Shown: positions 1 to 9,811, counted from the first letter of the stretch. The stretch: DNA of 64,000 nt from Thermoproteota archaeon (GCA_027492205.1 JAOZFN010000006.1:103369-167368); one strand, 5' to 3'. Numbers and translations are program-made. The notes: generated by a model not told the origin, from the sequence alone.

Positions 1-500
1 TGGCGGGCATCTCGGCGCCGACCCTCAGGTCGAACTCCACCGCCAGCCTGATCTTCTGCCAGCCGACCTCGTCCCAGATGTGGAACCTTATCTCGTCCAG
101 CCCGGCGTCGACCCACCTGGCTAGGACCTCCTCTGTGATCCCCCATCCGTTGGTGTAGAGGTGGGCGTGGAATCCCTCCCCGAACTCACCCTTCAGAACA
201 CGCAGGTAGTGCTCCACCCTCTTCGGAACCACCGAAGGCTCTCCACCCGTTATCCCGACTCCCCGAGCCTCGATGAGTCGAGCCTCCCTGAGAACGTCTT
301 CGTCGGACTTCACCTCGACCTCATCGGCGTAGATCACATCTCTGTTCCGTCTCCAAGGGGAGATCGTGCAGTACGGACACTCGTCATACTTGGGACAGGC
401 CCCGGTGACGAAGAGGACCATCTTCGCCCCTCGCCAACATATCTCGCAGCCCCTGCTCCAACCCCTAACCCTGAGCGCGCCTAGGTCGAGTTCCTCCGTC
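1..500 (-). CDS. Radical SAM protein, COG2108-like (partial, runs off left edge; start codon unclear)
   Basis: Manual translation of the minus strand: GCEICWRGAKMVLFVTGACPKYDECPYC..., followed by ITGGEP, HLYTNG and GLDEIRFH motifs typical of this family. Confidence 0.75.
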
Positions 501-513
501 CAAGACCCCTCCC

Positions 514-750
514 TCAGAGCTTCTTTCTGACCACGACCCTCCAGAAGCCCCCCCGATCCTCCAGCCTCGTTATCTTGTTGCCAGTCCTCTCGGCCCACTT
601 CTGGATGTCCTCCAGCGACCTCAGGTCGTCTACGAGGAACTCGGCGCTCGTCCCCGGCTTGATCTTCTTAACGACCTTCGCGACCTTGACCACCGGGAGG
701 GGCGACTTCCTCCCCCTCAGGTCCACCCTTGGCGGGGATGCGCGGGACAT
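514..750 (-). CDS. TusA/SirA-like sulfur-carrier fold protein (Cys of CPxP replaced by Ser)
   Basis: 78 aa with VDLRGRKSPLPVV...LVDD..S.EDI..W....G, the TusA pattern. Confidence 0.8.
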   Translation of the reverse strand: MSRASPPRVDLRGRKSPLPVVKVAKVVKKIKPGTSAEFLVDDLRSLEDIQKWAERTGNKITRLEDRGGFWRVVVRKKL

Positions 751-774
751 CCTCGCGCCGGGCCCACCCCTTTG

Positions 775-1350
775 CTAATTTACTTGCCTAACCCTGCTCC
801 CCAGCGCCCGCCTGATCCTGTCGGGGGTGGCGGCCCTCGAGGTCGGCTTGTACATGAGGTAGGCGTCCTCCCCGTCGGCGTAGTACATCGGGATGACCCC
901 CAGGATCTCGTACCCTATCTTCCTGTAGAGGGAGATGGCTGGCGTGTTCGACACGCGCACCTCAAGGTACATCAGGTCGACCCCCCTCTCCTCCACCAGA
1001 TTCCTCTCCGCCTCCAGCATAAGCCCTCTCCCAATACCCCTCCTCCTGTGGGCCCTGTCCACCGCCACGGAGAGGACGTGACCCATCCTGAGCGTGATGT
1101 CGTCCGTGAATCTCGTCTCGACCCTGCACATGATGTACCCGACTATGGAGCCGTCGGCGGCCTCTGCTACAAGGAACCCCTCGGGGCACCGCCTGTGATT
1201 TTCGACGAAGAAGTATGAGGGGTAATTCTCCGGGAGGAAGACCCGATTTAACCTCATAACGCTGCTGAGATCTTCAGATGGATCGAAGCGGCGGATCCTG
1301 TATTCGCCCCCCTCCAACAGATCCCCCTCACCGGGGTCGCGTCGAGCCAC
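775..1350 (-). CDS. N-terminal acetyltransferase, Ard1/RimI family (GNAT)
   Basis: LPENYP, GHVLSVAV, HRRRGIG, LEVRVSN, YYADGEDAY motifs; likely GTG start at 1350. Confidence 0.9.
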   Translation of the reverse strand: MARRDPGEGDLLEGGEYRIRRFDPSEDLSSVMRLNRVFLPENYPSYFFVENHRRCPEGFLVAEAADGSIVGYIMCRVETRFTDDITLRMGHVLSVAVDRAHRRRGIGRGLMLEAERNLVEERGVDLMYLEVRVSNTPAISLYRKIGYEILGVIPMYYADGEDAYLMYKPTSRAATPDRIRRALGSRVRQVN

Positions 1351-1389
1351 ATTTTTAACCCCCCGCGCCGGGGAGAAATCCGAAAGGCG

Positions 1390-2490
1390 ATGTTCGAGCC
1401 CCTCTTTGACGATCCAATTCGTGCGGTGTCCAAGCACTTCAACGTCCTGGAGGTCAGAGAGGTCTCTGGAGGATACGACTTTCTCGTTACTCCCCTGCCC
1501 GGGTCCGACCTGAAGCAGGAGTTCCGCCTCCTCGTTGAGGATCTGGACGAGCTTGACATGCTACCTAAGCTCCTTCGAACGGAGCAGGGGGCCTACCTGA
1601 TCCTCGTCAGGAGGGTCAGGAGACCCAGCCCCCTGGCCGCATGGAAGAGCCTTCTCTCGCTCGTCGTGAGCGCCGCCACGGTTTGGATCAGCGGTTGGAT
1701 GTTGTCCTCCAGCTTCAGGGACCTCGTGACCAGAGTCGATGTTCAGTTCGTCAGCGAACTCGGGAGATCGATGAAGCTGATAGATCCGATCTTCTTCGTG
1801 ATCCCCCTGTTCGCCATACTGGGCGTGCACGAGCTGGGGCATATGATGGCCACTAGGTGGTGGGGGGGCGACTGGGAACCCCCTATATTCATCCCCGGGC
1901 CCCCTCCGCTGGGCACGTTCGGCGCCGTCATCAGAAGCGCAAAGGTCCCGGTAAACAGGGACGAGGTGTTTGACATGGGCATCTCCGGTCCACTCTCCGG
2001 CTTCATTCCCGCCGTGGCCGTCACGGTCATAGGCCTGCTGACCTCCCCGGTCCTGCCCTCGGAGGTTGCCGCTCAGCTGGCCAAGGAGGAGGGGCTACAA
2101 TTCGTTCCCACGCCCCTGCTGTTCGGCCTGATCCAGAGGGGCCTCTCGGTTCCCGAGGGGACTGCGCTAATCATGTCCCCCATCGCGTTCGCCGGGTGGG
2201 CGGGCCTCATACTGACGTTCCTCAACCTGCTGCCGGCTGGCCAGCTAGACGGAGGTCACGTCATATACGCCATAATTCCCAGCGGTAGGGCGAGGGCGGC
2301 CCTGGGTATGCTGGCCGTACTCGTGGCCATGATTTACAGCCCCTTCATGGCCCTCCTGGTGGCGCTGTTTACGTTCACGAGGCACCCTCCCCCGCTCGAC
2401 GAGGTGAGCTCGCTCTCGACCTCGAGGAAGGTCGTGGGCTCCCTGGTGTACTTAGCGGTACTCCTCCTAACGGCCCCGCTTCCCCTCTAG
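1390..2490 (+). CDS. Site-2 protease (M50 intramembrane metalloprotease)
   Basis: HELGH and NLLPAGQLDGGH motifs, multiple TM segments. Confidence 0.9.
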   Translation: MFEPLFDDPIRAVSKHFNVLEVREVSGGYDFLVTPLPGSDLKQEFRLLVEDLDELDMLPKLLRTEQGAYLILVRRVRRPSPLAAWKSLLSLVVSAATVWISGWMLSSSFRDLVTRVDVQFVSELGRSMKLIDPIFFVIPLFAILGVHELGHMMATRWWGGDWEPPIFIPGPPPLGTFGAVIRSAKVPVNRDEVFDMGISGPLSGFIPAVAVTVIGLLTSPVLPSEVAAQLAKEEGLQFVPTPLLFGLIQRGLSVPEGTALIMSPIAFAGWAGLILTFLNLLPAGQLDGGHVIYAIIPSGRARAALGMLAVLVAMIYSPFMALLVALFTFTRHPPPLDEVSSLSTSRKVVGSLVYLAVLLLTAPLPL

Positions 2491-2943
2491 CCGACCGGTC
2501 CAAACCTCGGGGGGGACTATCCCCTTCTTCAAACTCTCTTCCATCATGCAGACTCCCCAAACGACCTTCATACCGGCCCTCAGACACGTTCGAATAGCCT
2601 CCTCGTCCTCCGATCCTGGCTGGAACCATATTTTCTCGATCCCGAGTTCCGCAGCCTCTTTGGCGATCCTTCGACTGACCTCAGGGGGCACCACAACGTT
2701 GACCACGTCCGGCCTCTCCGGGAGCCTGTCTAGAGACGGGTAGGCTCTGTCTCCGTCGACGGTCTCGGCTTTCGGGTTCACGGGATAGACCCTCTTGTAG
2801 CCCGCATCTTTGAAGAACTTGTAGAGCTTGTACCCCCACTTCTCAGGGTTTCTAGACGCGCCGACTACTGCTACGACGTTGTTCACGTTCAGAAACTCGC
2901 CTAGCAGGCTATTCAGGTTTGACGGAACGGGAGGCAGATCCAT
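2467..2943 (-). CDS. CoA-binding protein (YccU-like)
   Basis: VAVVGASRNPEKWG, YPVNP, WFQPG, C-terminal VCM. Confidence 0.9.
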   Translation of the reverse strand: MDLPPVPSNLNSLLGEFLNVNNVVAVVGASRNPEKWGYKLYKFFKDAGYKRVYPVNPKAETVDGDRAYPSLDRLPERPDVVNVVVPPEVSRRIAKEAAELGIEKIWFQPGSEDEEAIRTCLRAGMKVVWGVCMMEESLKKGIVPPEVWTGRLEGKRGR

Positions 2944-3036
2944 TTCTCTTCAAACCGGCCAAGAGGTGAGGGTTATATAAATCACGGTTGCTCCGCAAAC
3001 CTGATATAGGCGTGGTGAGCCCCCCACACGATCGGC

Positions 3037-3276
3037 ATGAGTTCGCAGGTCACCGAGAAGAAGGTCAGGGCTCCAGATGTCACACCTGAACTCCTAGAGG
3101 AGATAACGAAGTACGTCCAGCGGGCGAGGGTCGTTACCCCTCAGTCGCTCGCGCTGAAGTACGACATCAGGGTCAGCGTGGCGAAGAGGCTCCTTCGACG
3201 CTTTGAGAAGGAGGGCCTGGTTGTCTACGTGGATGGAAACTCCAAGCTGAGGATTTACCGCGGCGCCAAGGCCTGA
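3037..3276 (+). CDS. rps25e: 30S ribosomal protein S25e
   Basis: 79 aa basic winged-helix: VVTPQSLA.KY.IRVSVAKRLLR. Confidence 0.85.
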   Translation: MSSQVTEKKVRAPDVTPELLEEITKYVQRARVVTPQSLALKYDIRVSVAKRLLRRFEKEGLVVYVDGNSKLRIYRGAKA

Positions 3277-3361
3277 GAGCCCTCGCCCCCACCCGGGGCG
3301 AGTGTTTTATTATGGAGGAGCCCCACATAATCACAGGCCCCGCTTTTTCGCTACCCGGGAG

Positions 3362-3751
3362 GTGTGGGGGCTGGTTGAGTCCGTTGAGAGTTACGTGGTA
3401 GAGGTGGTAATGCCGTCAGGGACGGCTGATATCGAGATAAAGCGTCACTTATCCCCACTGACAGCCGAGAGGCTCTACAGGAATCTCCCCAAGAGGGCTC
3501 TGGTCGTCAGAGACGGCCCAAAGGTCTACCTCTTCGTTGAGATGACTTCAAAGCTGGAGAAGGGTAGGCGCGAGCTCCGCCGTGGGGAGGTCGCCTTCGT
3601 TCCCTCCAAGGAGGCCCTGCTCATCGCGCTGAAGAGGATGAGGCTCCCTGCACCCGTCCTGCTTCTGGGAAAGGTCGTCTCTGGCCTAGAAGCCTTTGAG
3701 TCAGCTGCCACGGGTCAGACCGCTCAGGTTAGGAGGAAGGAGGAGCCTTGA
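3362..3751 (+). CDS. Cyclophilin-like fold protein (start uncertain)
   Basis: RHLSPLT..RL...LP, GEVAF.P, LLGKV..GLE pattern of archaeal cyclophilin-like DUFs. Confidence 0.6.
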   Translation: MWGLVESVESYVVEVVMPSGTADIEIKRHLSPLTAERLYRNLPKRALVVRDGPKVYLFVEMTSKLEKGRRELRRGEVAFVPSKEALLIALKRMRLPAPVLLLGKVVSGLEAFESAATGQTAQVRRKEEP

Positions 3752-4440
3752 TCCGGGGAACTGAGGCAATAGGCTGGGTGCTGAGGGAGCGTAACTCCTT
3801 CTACATCAGGCTGCCGTCCTGCATCCTGCTCAATCTGGAGTCCCGCCTGATCCTGCTAGACCCGGGATCGCAGCTGTCGGGGGAGGAGATAGGGGCGATA
3901 GAGAGGTTAGACGTCATAGCGGTGACTCAGGACCGAAGCTATCACTACAGCAGAGACCTCGTCGTGAGGCTCGCCAGGCAGACGGACGCGGCCGTGGTGA
4001 CGAATAAGGCGGTGTTCAAGGACCTGAGGAGGCTCGTTCCCGATGAGAATATCGCGCGGCTGAGGCCGGGAGATTCCGTAGACCTGGACGGACTCAGAAT
4101 CCACGCCCTCAGGGCGGTTCACCCTGGGCTGAACCCGCTTGTGTTTCTGATAGAGACCGACGGGGCCGCTGCGTTCCACGGGTCGGGGACCGCCTACTCA
4201 ACGGCGTTCCGGGCCTTCGCTCCCGTGGACATCGCATTCGTCCCGGTTGGAGGGACCTCCCCGACCGCCAGCGTCAACGACGCGATAAGGATAGCGAGAA
4301 TCCTCAGCGCCTCCACGGCAGTCCCAATAAACGGGAGCGAGGACGAACTGGCGAAGTTCGCCGAGAGGGCCAAGAAGGCCCTTCCCTCCGTCAACGTGAT
4401 AGTTCCGGAGGACGGGGCCGCCTACAGAATTCCCCTATAG
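3748..4440 (+). CDS. Metallo-beta-lactamase-fold protein with degenerate metal site
   Basis: ILLDP, AVH, DIAFVPVGG, AVP blocks; HxHxDH replaced by QDRSYH. Confidence 0.7.
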   Translation: MIRGTEAIGWVLRERNSFYIRLPSCILLNLESRLILLDPGSQLSGEEIGAIERLDVIAVTQDRSYHYSRDLVVRLARQTDAAVVTNKAVFKDLRRLVPDENIARLRPGDSVDLDGLRIHALRAVHPGLNPLVFLIETDGAAAFHGSGTAYSTAFRAFAPVDIAFVPVGGTSPTASVNDAIRIARILSASTAVPINGSEDELAKFAERAKKALPSVNVIVPEDGAAYRIPL

Positions 4441-5415
4441 GCGCCCCGCGACGGAGTCCCATCCCCCTTCCCTCAGGGGGACGGCCTCGCCTTCCAGCTC
4501 GAGGTAGACCCCCTCCCCCGCCTCGACCCTCCCTATCTCAATCAGCTCGTACCCCCTGGAGCGAAGTCGCTGCCTCGCCGTTCTGAACTCGGCCGGGTCG
4601 ACGGACACGGCCAGGTGGAACTCCTCCCCACCGTAGAATACGGCGTCCACTGGGTCGACCCCCTCCGACGACATGAAGTCCTCCAGCTCCGGGTCCACGG
4701 GTAGTTCGACGACCACGATCCTGACGCCGCTCGCCTTGGCGATCGAGTACAGGGTCTTGAACAGGCCGTCGCTGCTGTCGGCCGAGGCCCTGACGCCCTC
4801 AAGAGACCCCAAGATCTTGCCCTGCTCGATCGAGGCCCGCGGCTCGTAGACGGCCGCCAGCGCCCTCTCTCTAATCCGATCTGGGGCGTCTATTTGGCCG
4901 AGGGCGATCCTGTACCCGAGCCAGGTCCACCCAAATGTTCCGGTGACCGCGATCACGTCGCCCGGCCTCGCCCCCCCTCTGGGCACCACTCGGCCCGCGG
5001 ACCTGCCCACGCCGACGCCCGTCAGGACAAGCTCGCCGGAGGAGTCAACGTCCCCTCCCATGAGCTGGGCATCCACCTCCTCCAGTCCCCACTCAATTCC
5101 CCGCGCCACCTCGTCAAGTTCAGCCCTCCCGAAGGAGCTGGGGATACACATAGACAGGAAGAAGTGCTGGGGCGTGGCACCCTTGGCGGCCACGTCGGAG
5201 AAGGTCTGGACGACGACCTTCCTCGCGAGTCTGCGCAGCCCCATGCCCGGGAGAAGGTCGGCGCTCTCGGTCACTGTGTCGATGTTCACCACGTAGGTTC
5301 CCTCAAGTCGGAGGGCCGTGGCGTCGTCCACGCCAATGGGGAGGAGGCCCCCTCTCTCGGCCCGGCTGATTGAAGCCAGCCTGGAGATAACCTCGACCTC
5401 GCTGAGTCCCCTCAC
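4435..5415 (-). CDS. thiL: Thiamine-monophosphate kinase
   Basis: GVDDA, SDVAAKGATP, GGD, DSSDGL, GGEEFHL motifs; likely GTG start at 5415. Confidence 0.88.
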   Translation of the reverse strand: MRGLSEVEVISRLASISRAERGGLLPIGVDDATALRLEGTYVVNIDTVTESADLLPGMGLRRLARKVVVQTFSDVAAKGATPQHFFLSMCIPSSFGRAELDEVARGIEWGLEEVDAQLMGGDVDSSGELVLTGVGVGRSAGRVVPRGGARPGDVIAVTGTFGWTWLGYRIALGQIDAPDRIRERALAAVYEPRASIEQGKILGSLEGVRASADSSDGLFKTLYSIAKASGVRIVVVELPVDPELEDFMSSEGVDPVDAVFYGGEEFHLAVSVDPAEFRTARQRLRSRGYELIEIGRVEAGEGVYLELEGEAVPLREGGWDSVAGRL

Positions 5416-5485
5416 GAACTCACCGTGCTCGGCAGCAGCTAAAGATTTTGAGCACTTTGGCGGGCCGCCGCTCCGGTGTCCTGCC

Positions 5486-6823
5486 ATGGGTGAGCGGGTT
5501 CGGCGGGTCGTGATCATGGGAGCCGCCGGCAGGGACTTCCACAACTTCAACGTCTTCTTCAGGGACAACCCAGATTACAGGGTTGTCGCCTTCACAGCCG
5601 CACAGCTCCCCGACATCTGGGGTAGGAAGTATCCCCCCGAGCTGGCCGGCAGCCTCTACCCCGACGGGATCCCGATCCTGAGGGAGGAGGACCTCCCAGA
5701 GATAATCAGGAGGGAGAAGGTCGATCTCGTTGTGTTCGCCTACAGCGACGTCTCCCACCAGTACCTGATGGAGAGGGCGGCCATCGCCCAGGCGGCCGGG
5801 GCCGACTTCATGCTCCTGGGACCCGAGAGCACCATGCTGAAGTCAAACAAGCCCGTCATAGCGGTTACGGCCGTCAGGACCGGCGCCGGCAAGAGCCCCA
5901 CCAGCAGGAGGGTCGCCGCCATCCTGAAGGAGAGGGGGCTGAGGGTAGCGGTGATAAGGCACCCAATGCCATACGGCGACCTGAGGAAGCAGATAGTTCA
6001 GAGGTTCGCCTCCCTGGAGGATCTCGACAGGCACGAGTGCACCGTCGAGGAGAGGGAAGACTACGAGCCCCACATCAAGATGGGCAATGTGGTGTTCGCG
6101 GGAGTCGACTACGAGAAGATCCTGAGGGAGGCCGAGAAGGAGGCCGACGTGATACTGTGGGACGGTGGCAACAATGACTTCCCGTTCTACGTGCCAGACC
6201 TCTGGATCACGGTCGCCGATCCACTCAGGGCCGGTCACGAACTCACCTACTGGCCGGGCTCCGTCAACGTCAGGGCGGCCGACGTGGTCATAATCAGCAA
6301 GGAGAACGTGGCCAGCGCCGACCAGATCGAGTGCGTGAGGGGCAACGTGATGAGGGTCAACCCGGGGGCCACCATAATAGAGGCCGCCATGCCCCTGACG
6401 GTCGACGCCCCCGAGCTCATCGAGGGCAAGAGGGTGCTGGTGGTCGAGGACGGCCCCACGGTCACCCACGGGGAGATGGGCTACGGCGCGGGCTACATGG
6501 CCGCCAGGAGGTTCGGCGCCGCCGAGATCGTTGACCCTAGGCCCTACGCCGTCGGATCGATAAGGGAGACCTACCAGAAGTACACCCACCTTGGGCCAGT
6601 CCTCCCAGCGGTGGGCTACAGCGACCGCCAGATGAGGGAGCTCGAGGAGACAATCAACAACGCCGACGCCGACACGGTCATCTTGGGGACGCCCACAGAC
6701 CTCAGCAGGTACCTGCGGATAGACAAGCCCGCGGTGCACGTGAGGTACGAGCTTCAGGAGATCGGCAGGCCGAACTTGGAGGACGTTATAGACGAGTTCC
6801 TCTCGAAGGTCGGCCTGAGGTGA
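5486..6823 (+). CDS. COG2403 P-loop protein (cyclic 2,3-DPG synthetase-like / arginine synthetase ArcE-like)
   Basis: IMGAAGRDFHNFN, AVRTGAGKS, RHPMPYG, EEREDYE, WDGGNND, VEDGPT motifs. Confidence 0.8.
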   Translation: MGERVRRVVIMGAAGRDFHNFNVFFRDNPDYRVVAFTAAQLPDIWGRKYPPELAGSLYPDGIPILREEDLPEIIRREKVDLVVFAYSDVSHQYLMERAAIAQAAGADFMLLGPESTMLKSNKPVIAVTAVRTGAGKSPTSRRVAAILKERGLRVAVIRHPMPYGDLRKQIVQRFASLEDLDRHECTVEEREDYEPHIKMGNVVFAGVDYEKILREAEKEADVILWDGGNNDFPFYVPDLWITVADPLRAGHELTYWPGSVNVRAADVVIISKENVASADQIECVRGNVMRVNPGATIIEAAMPLTVDAPELIEGKRVLVVEDGPTVTHGEMGYGAGYMAARRFGAAEIVDPRPYAVGSIRETYQKYTHLGPVLPAVGYSDRQMRELEETINNADADTVILGTPTDLSRYLRIDKPAVHVRYELQEIGRPNLEDVIDEFLSKVGLR

Positions 6824-7602
6824 GTCGGTTGGGGAGCGAGAGGGAGCTGCGGATCTGGCGCCTGCCCTGGCCGGAGTTCGCGAACCTCCTAGGCGACACG
6901 GACTTGGTCATACTGCCGGTGGGGGTCGTCGAGGCCCACGGCCCCCACCTTCCACTGGGCACAGACTTCATGCTGCCCGAGAGGCTGGCGCAAGACCTGG
7001 CGCCCAGGCTCAACGCGGCCGTGGCGCCCGCGATTCCCTACGGCGTGGTGGGCTCCCTCTCGGCCTACCCCGGCACTATGGGAATATCCCAGTCGACGCT
7101 CGAGTCGCTCCTGTTTGAGGTCCTCAGGGCCCTCGCGGAGAACGGCTTTGACCGCGTCATTCTGATCAACGGGCACGGCGGGTCGGAGCACGTGGCAGCC
7201 ATCAAGTCCGCCACGAGGCGCGCGTGGAGGGAGCTGGGAGTCAGGACGGTCGTCGTCCACTGGTGGATCTACGCCGAGACCCTGGCCAGGGAGTCCATAG
7301 GCGGGGGCCACGCGGCGGGAGTTGAGGCCGCGGCGGTGATGGCCGCCTATCCCGAGCTCGTGAAGGCCGGCAAGCCGGCCGCCAGAGAGGTGTACAGGGT
7401 CCGCGAGGGCATTGAGCCCTTCCCCGCGCCCGGCTCAGTCCTCCTCTACGGGGACCAGCCTGCTGACGTCCCAAGTGAAGAGGTCTCTCGGGAGTTCTAC
7501 TCTAAGCTCTTGGATAGCCTCGCAGCCGAGCTCGAGAGGGTCTTAGACGGCTGGGACTATCAGGAGATACCGATTGGTGAGGGGGTTGAGGAAGAGGGCT
7601 AA
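6820..7602 (+). CDS. Creatininase/creatinine amidohydrolase family protein
   Basis: PVG.VEAHGPHLPLGTD, NGHGG, HA...E motifs; GTGA overlap with upstream gene. Confidence 0.88.
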   Translation: MSRLGSERELRIWRLPWPEFANLLGDTDLVILPVGVVEAHGPHLPLGTDFMLPERLAQDLAPRLNAAVAPAIPYGVVGSLSAYPGTMGISQSTLESLLFEVLRALAENGFDRVILINGHGGSEHVAAIKSATRRAWRELGVRTVVVHWWIYAETLARESIGGGHAAGVEAAAVMAAYPELVKAGKPAAREVYRVREGIEPFPAPGSVLLYGDQPADVPSEEVSREFYSKLLDSLAAELERVLDGWDYQEIPIGEGVEEEG

Positions 7603-8974
7603 GATCATCGCCACGCTGGGCCCCTCCTCGGCCAGTGGGGAGACCGTCGCAGCCATGATGAGGGCGGGAGCTGACGCCTTCAGGATAAACTTCTCGCACG
7701 GGAGCGAGGAAGACTGGAAGAATTACGCTAGGGCTGTTAGGAGCGCCGAGCGAAGGCTGGGGCGCTGGGTAGCCCTGATAGGGGATCTGACTGGTCCTTC
7801 GGTCAGGCTTGGCGACCTGATCAAGCCAATCTACGTGAAGAGAGGCGAAGTAGTCGAGCTGAGGATGGCGCGCGAGTCCGACGGAGAATACGTGCCCGTC
7901 CCCCTGGAAGAGTTCTTCGACGGCGTGGAGGAGGGGGATGAGCTGCTCGTCGACGAGGGGAGGGTGAGACTGAGGGTCTTGGAGGTGGGAGTCGATCGCG
8001 TGAAGGCTCAGGCGGTCGTCGACGGCGTCATCAAGTCCAGGAAGAGCCTGGCAATATTCGGCAAGGAGCTCGGCATACCCACCTTCACGGAGCGAGACGC
8101 CCGCTGCGCGAGGATCGCGATCGAACAAGGCTTTGACTACGTGGCCATGAGCTTCGTCCGCTCCGGCGCCGACGTGAGGCTCCTCAGAGACTTCCTGTCG
8201 ACTGAGGGCGGCGAGGAAGTGAAGGTGATCTCCAAGATAGAGACCAAGGCCGGTGTTGAGAGACTTGAGGAGATAGCGGCCGAGTCCGACGCCATAATGG
8301 TAGCGAGAGGGGACCTGGGCAACTTCTTTCCCCTAGAGGAGATCCCCCGCCTCCAGAGGGAGATCATAGACACTTCGCTGGACCTCGGGAGGCCCGTCAT
8401 CATAGCCACGCAGCTGCTGGAGAGCCTGATGTACAGCCCAGTCCCAACCAGGAGCGAGGTGGTCGACGTCATGGTGGCCGTCAGGGAGGGGGTGGACGCA
8501 CTCATGCTTGCGGGGGAGACCGCGGCGGGCAGGTATCCAGTCGAGGCCGTCAGGTGGATGAGGCGGATAATAGAGCGGACGGAGTTCGAACAGCGGCCCA
8601 TGCAGCAGGGTTTTGGAACCGCGGAGGGCTTATACGACAGATTTGCGAGGGGGATAGCGCTCTTGGCCGAGAGCCTCGGCGCCAAGATAGCGGTCTACAC
8701 AAGAAGTGGGCGGACTGCCGCGAGGATCTCCCGGTACAGGCCACCGACCGACATCCATGCTGGCTCGAGCAGCGAGCGCGTCGCGAGACAGCTCTCAGTC
8801 CTCTGGGGAGTCTCTCCCATCGTGCTCGGTCGATTAAAGAGCCGGGAGGAAGCTCTAGAGGCGCTGATCACCAAACTGAGGGAGGAGAGGGCGGTCTCCT
8901 TCGGTGACATTGTCGTGTTGGCTTACGGTATAAGAGAGGGGGCCACGGAAGCCGTCAGGATAGTTCAGGTGTGA
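7577..8974 (+). CDS. pyk: Pyruvate kinase
   Basis: KIIATLGP, RINFSHG, KIE, MVARGDLG, ATQLLESL, PTRSEV.D, MLAGETA.G.YP. Confidence 0.95.
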   Translation: MRGLRKRAKIIATLGPSSASGETVAAMMRAGADAFRINFSHGSEEDWKNYARAVRSAERRLGRWVALIGDLTGPSVRLGDLIKPIYVKRGEVVELRMARESDGEYVPVPLEEFFDGVEEGDELLVDEGRVRLRVLEVGVDRVKAQAVVDGVIKSRKSLAIFGKELGIPTFTERDARCARIAIEQGFDYVAMSFVRSGADVRLLRDFLSTEGGEEVKVISKIETKAGVERLEEIAAESDAIMVARGDLGNFFPLEEIPRLQREIIDTSLDLGRPVIIATQLLESLMYSPVPTRSEVVDVMVAVREGVDALMLAGETAAGRYPVEAVRWMRRIIERTEFEQRPMQQGFGTAEGLYDRFARGIALLAESLGAKIAVYTRSGRTAARISRYRPPTDIHAGSSSERVARQLSVLWGVSPIVLGRLKSREEALEALITKLREERAVSFGDIVVLAYGIREGATEAVRIVQV

Positions 8975-9580
8975 TCTGGCTATTCTAGCCTTGGAGAATA
9001 GTTCTTGAAATGTCCACACAGAGAGGCATCCCGTGCGATAGAGGCGCTTCCTCCGAGATAACTTTGTTAGAGTTCCATAGATAGGTAAATTTTCTTCAAA
9101 CATATCCAAGGGGACCCGTCCGATCGAGGGGCCAGATTCACGCCTCGGACCTCTTAGTCGATTAACGTAAGACACCGAAATTAGGTGTGACCATCCAGCT
9201 CACCCGCATGGGTCGACCGCGCATCGAATAGTGATCTGGGCCGCCCCCGAGCCGCCAAGACAAGGGTTGAAAGACTCAATTAGTTAACGGCCGATTAGTG
9301 CTTTTTTGACCTTTAAATCCCCGCCTATTACGGGTATTAATCTAGCCAGAATTCACTTATACAATATCGCAATGTGTTCGGCCGAGAGCGCCTCCCACTC
9401 GTGGATCCAATTTCGATGTGAAGACCGTGGGCTCAACGACTCTCGCCTAATTTTGCAATCAACGAACAAGTCCCTCTGTGGAGGTTTGATGCGAAGAGCT
9501 TAAATATAGAAGGTCTTCTTACTAATCAGGCCCCGCGACGCCGGGGTCAAGGTGTAACAGGATATAGGGGGTGTATGTGT

Positions 9581-9811
9581 ATGCCTCAGAGGTCTGCCAA
9601 GCACCTGCCCCTGGCTCCGGTCTACCGGATAATCAAGGAGGCCGGCGCCGAGAGGGTGAGCGACGCCGCCAAGGAGAGGCTCGCCTACTACCTCGAGAAG
9701 TTCGGGTCCGAGGTCGCCAAGTACGCGGCCGACCTCGCCCGGCACGCCAAGAGGAAGACCGTTACCGACAGAGACATCGAGCTGGCTGTGGAGGCCGTTT
9801 GGAAGAAGTGA
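9581..9811 (+). CDS. Archaeal histone (HMf family)
   Basis: LPLAPV.RII..AGAERVS...A.HAKRKTV...DIELA histone fold; T-rich tract after the stop. Confidence 0.93.
   Translation: MPQRSAKHLPLAPVYRIIKEAGAERVSDAAKERLAYYLEKFGSEVAKYAADLARHAKRKTVTDRDIELAVEAVWKK

Noticed and set aside
9000-9130. Possible replication origin (TTCCA/TCCA...GGGG motifs)
   Set aside because: No convincing repeated ORB consensus and no adjacent orc1/cdc6
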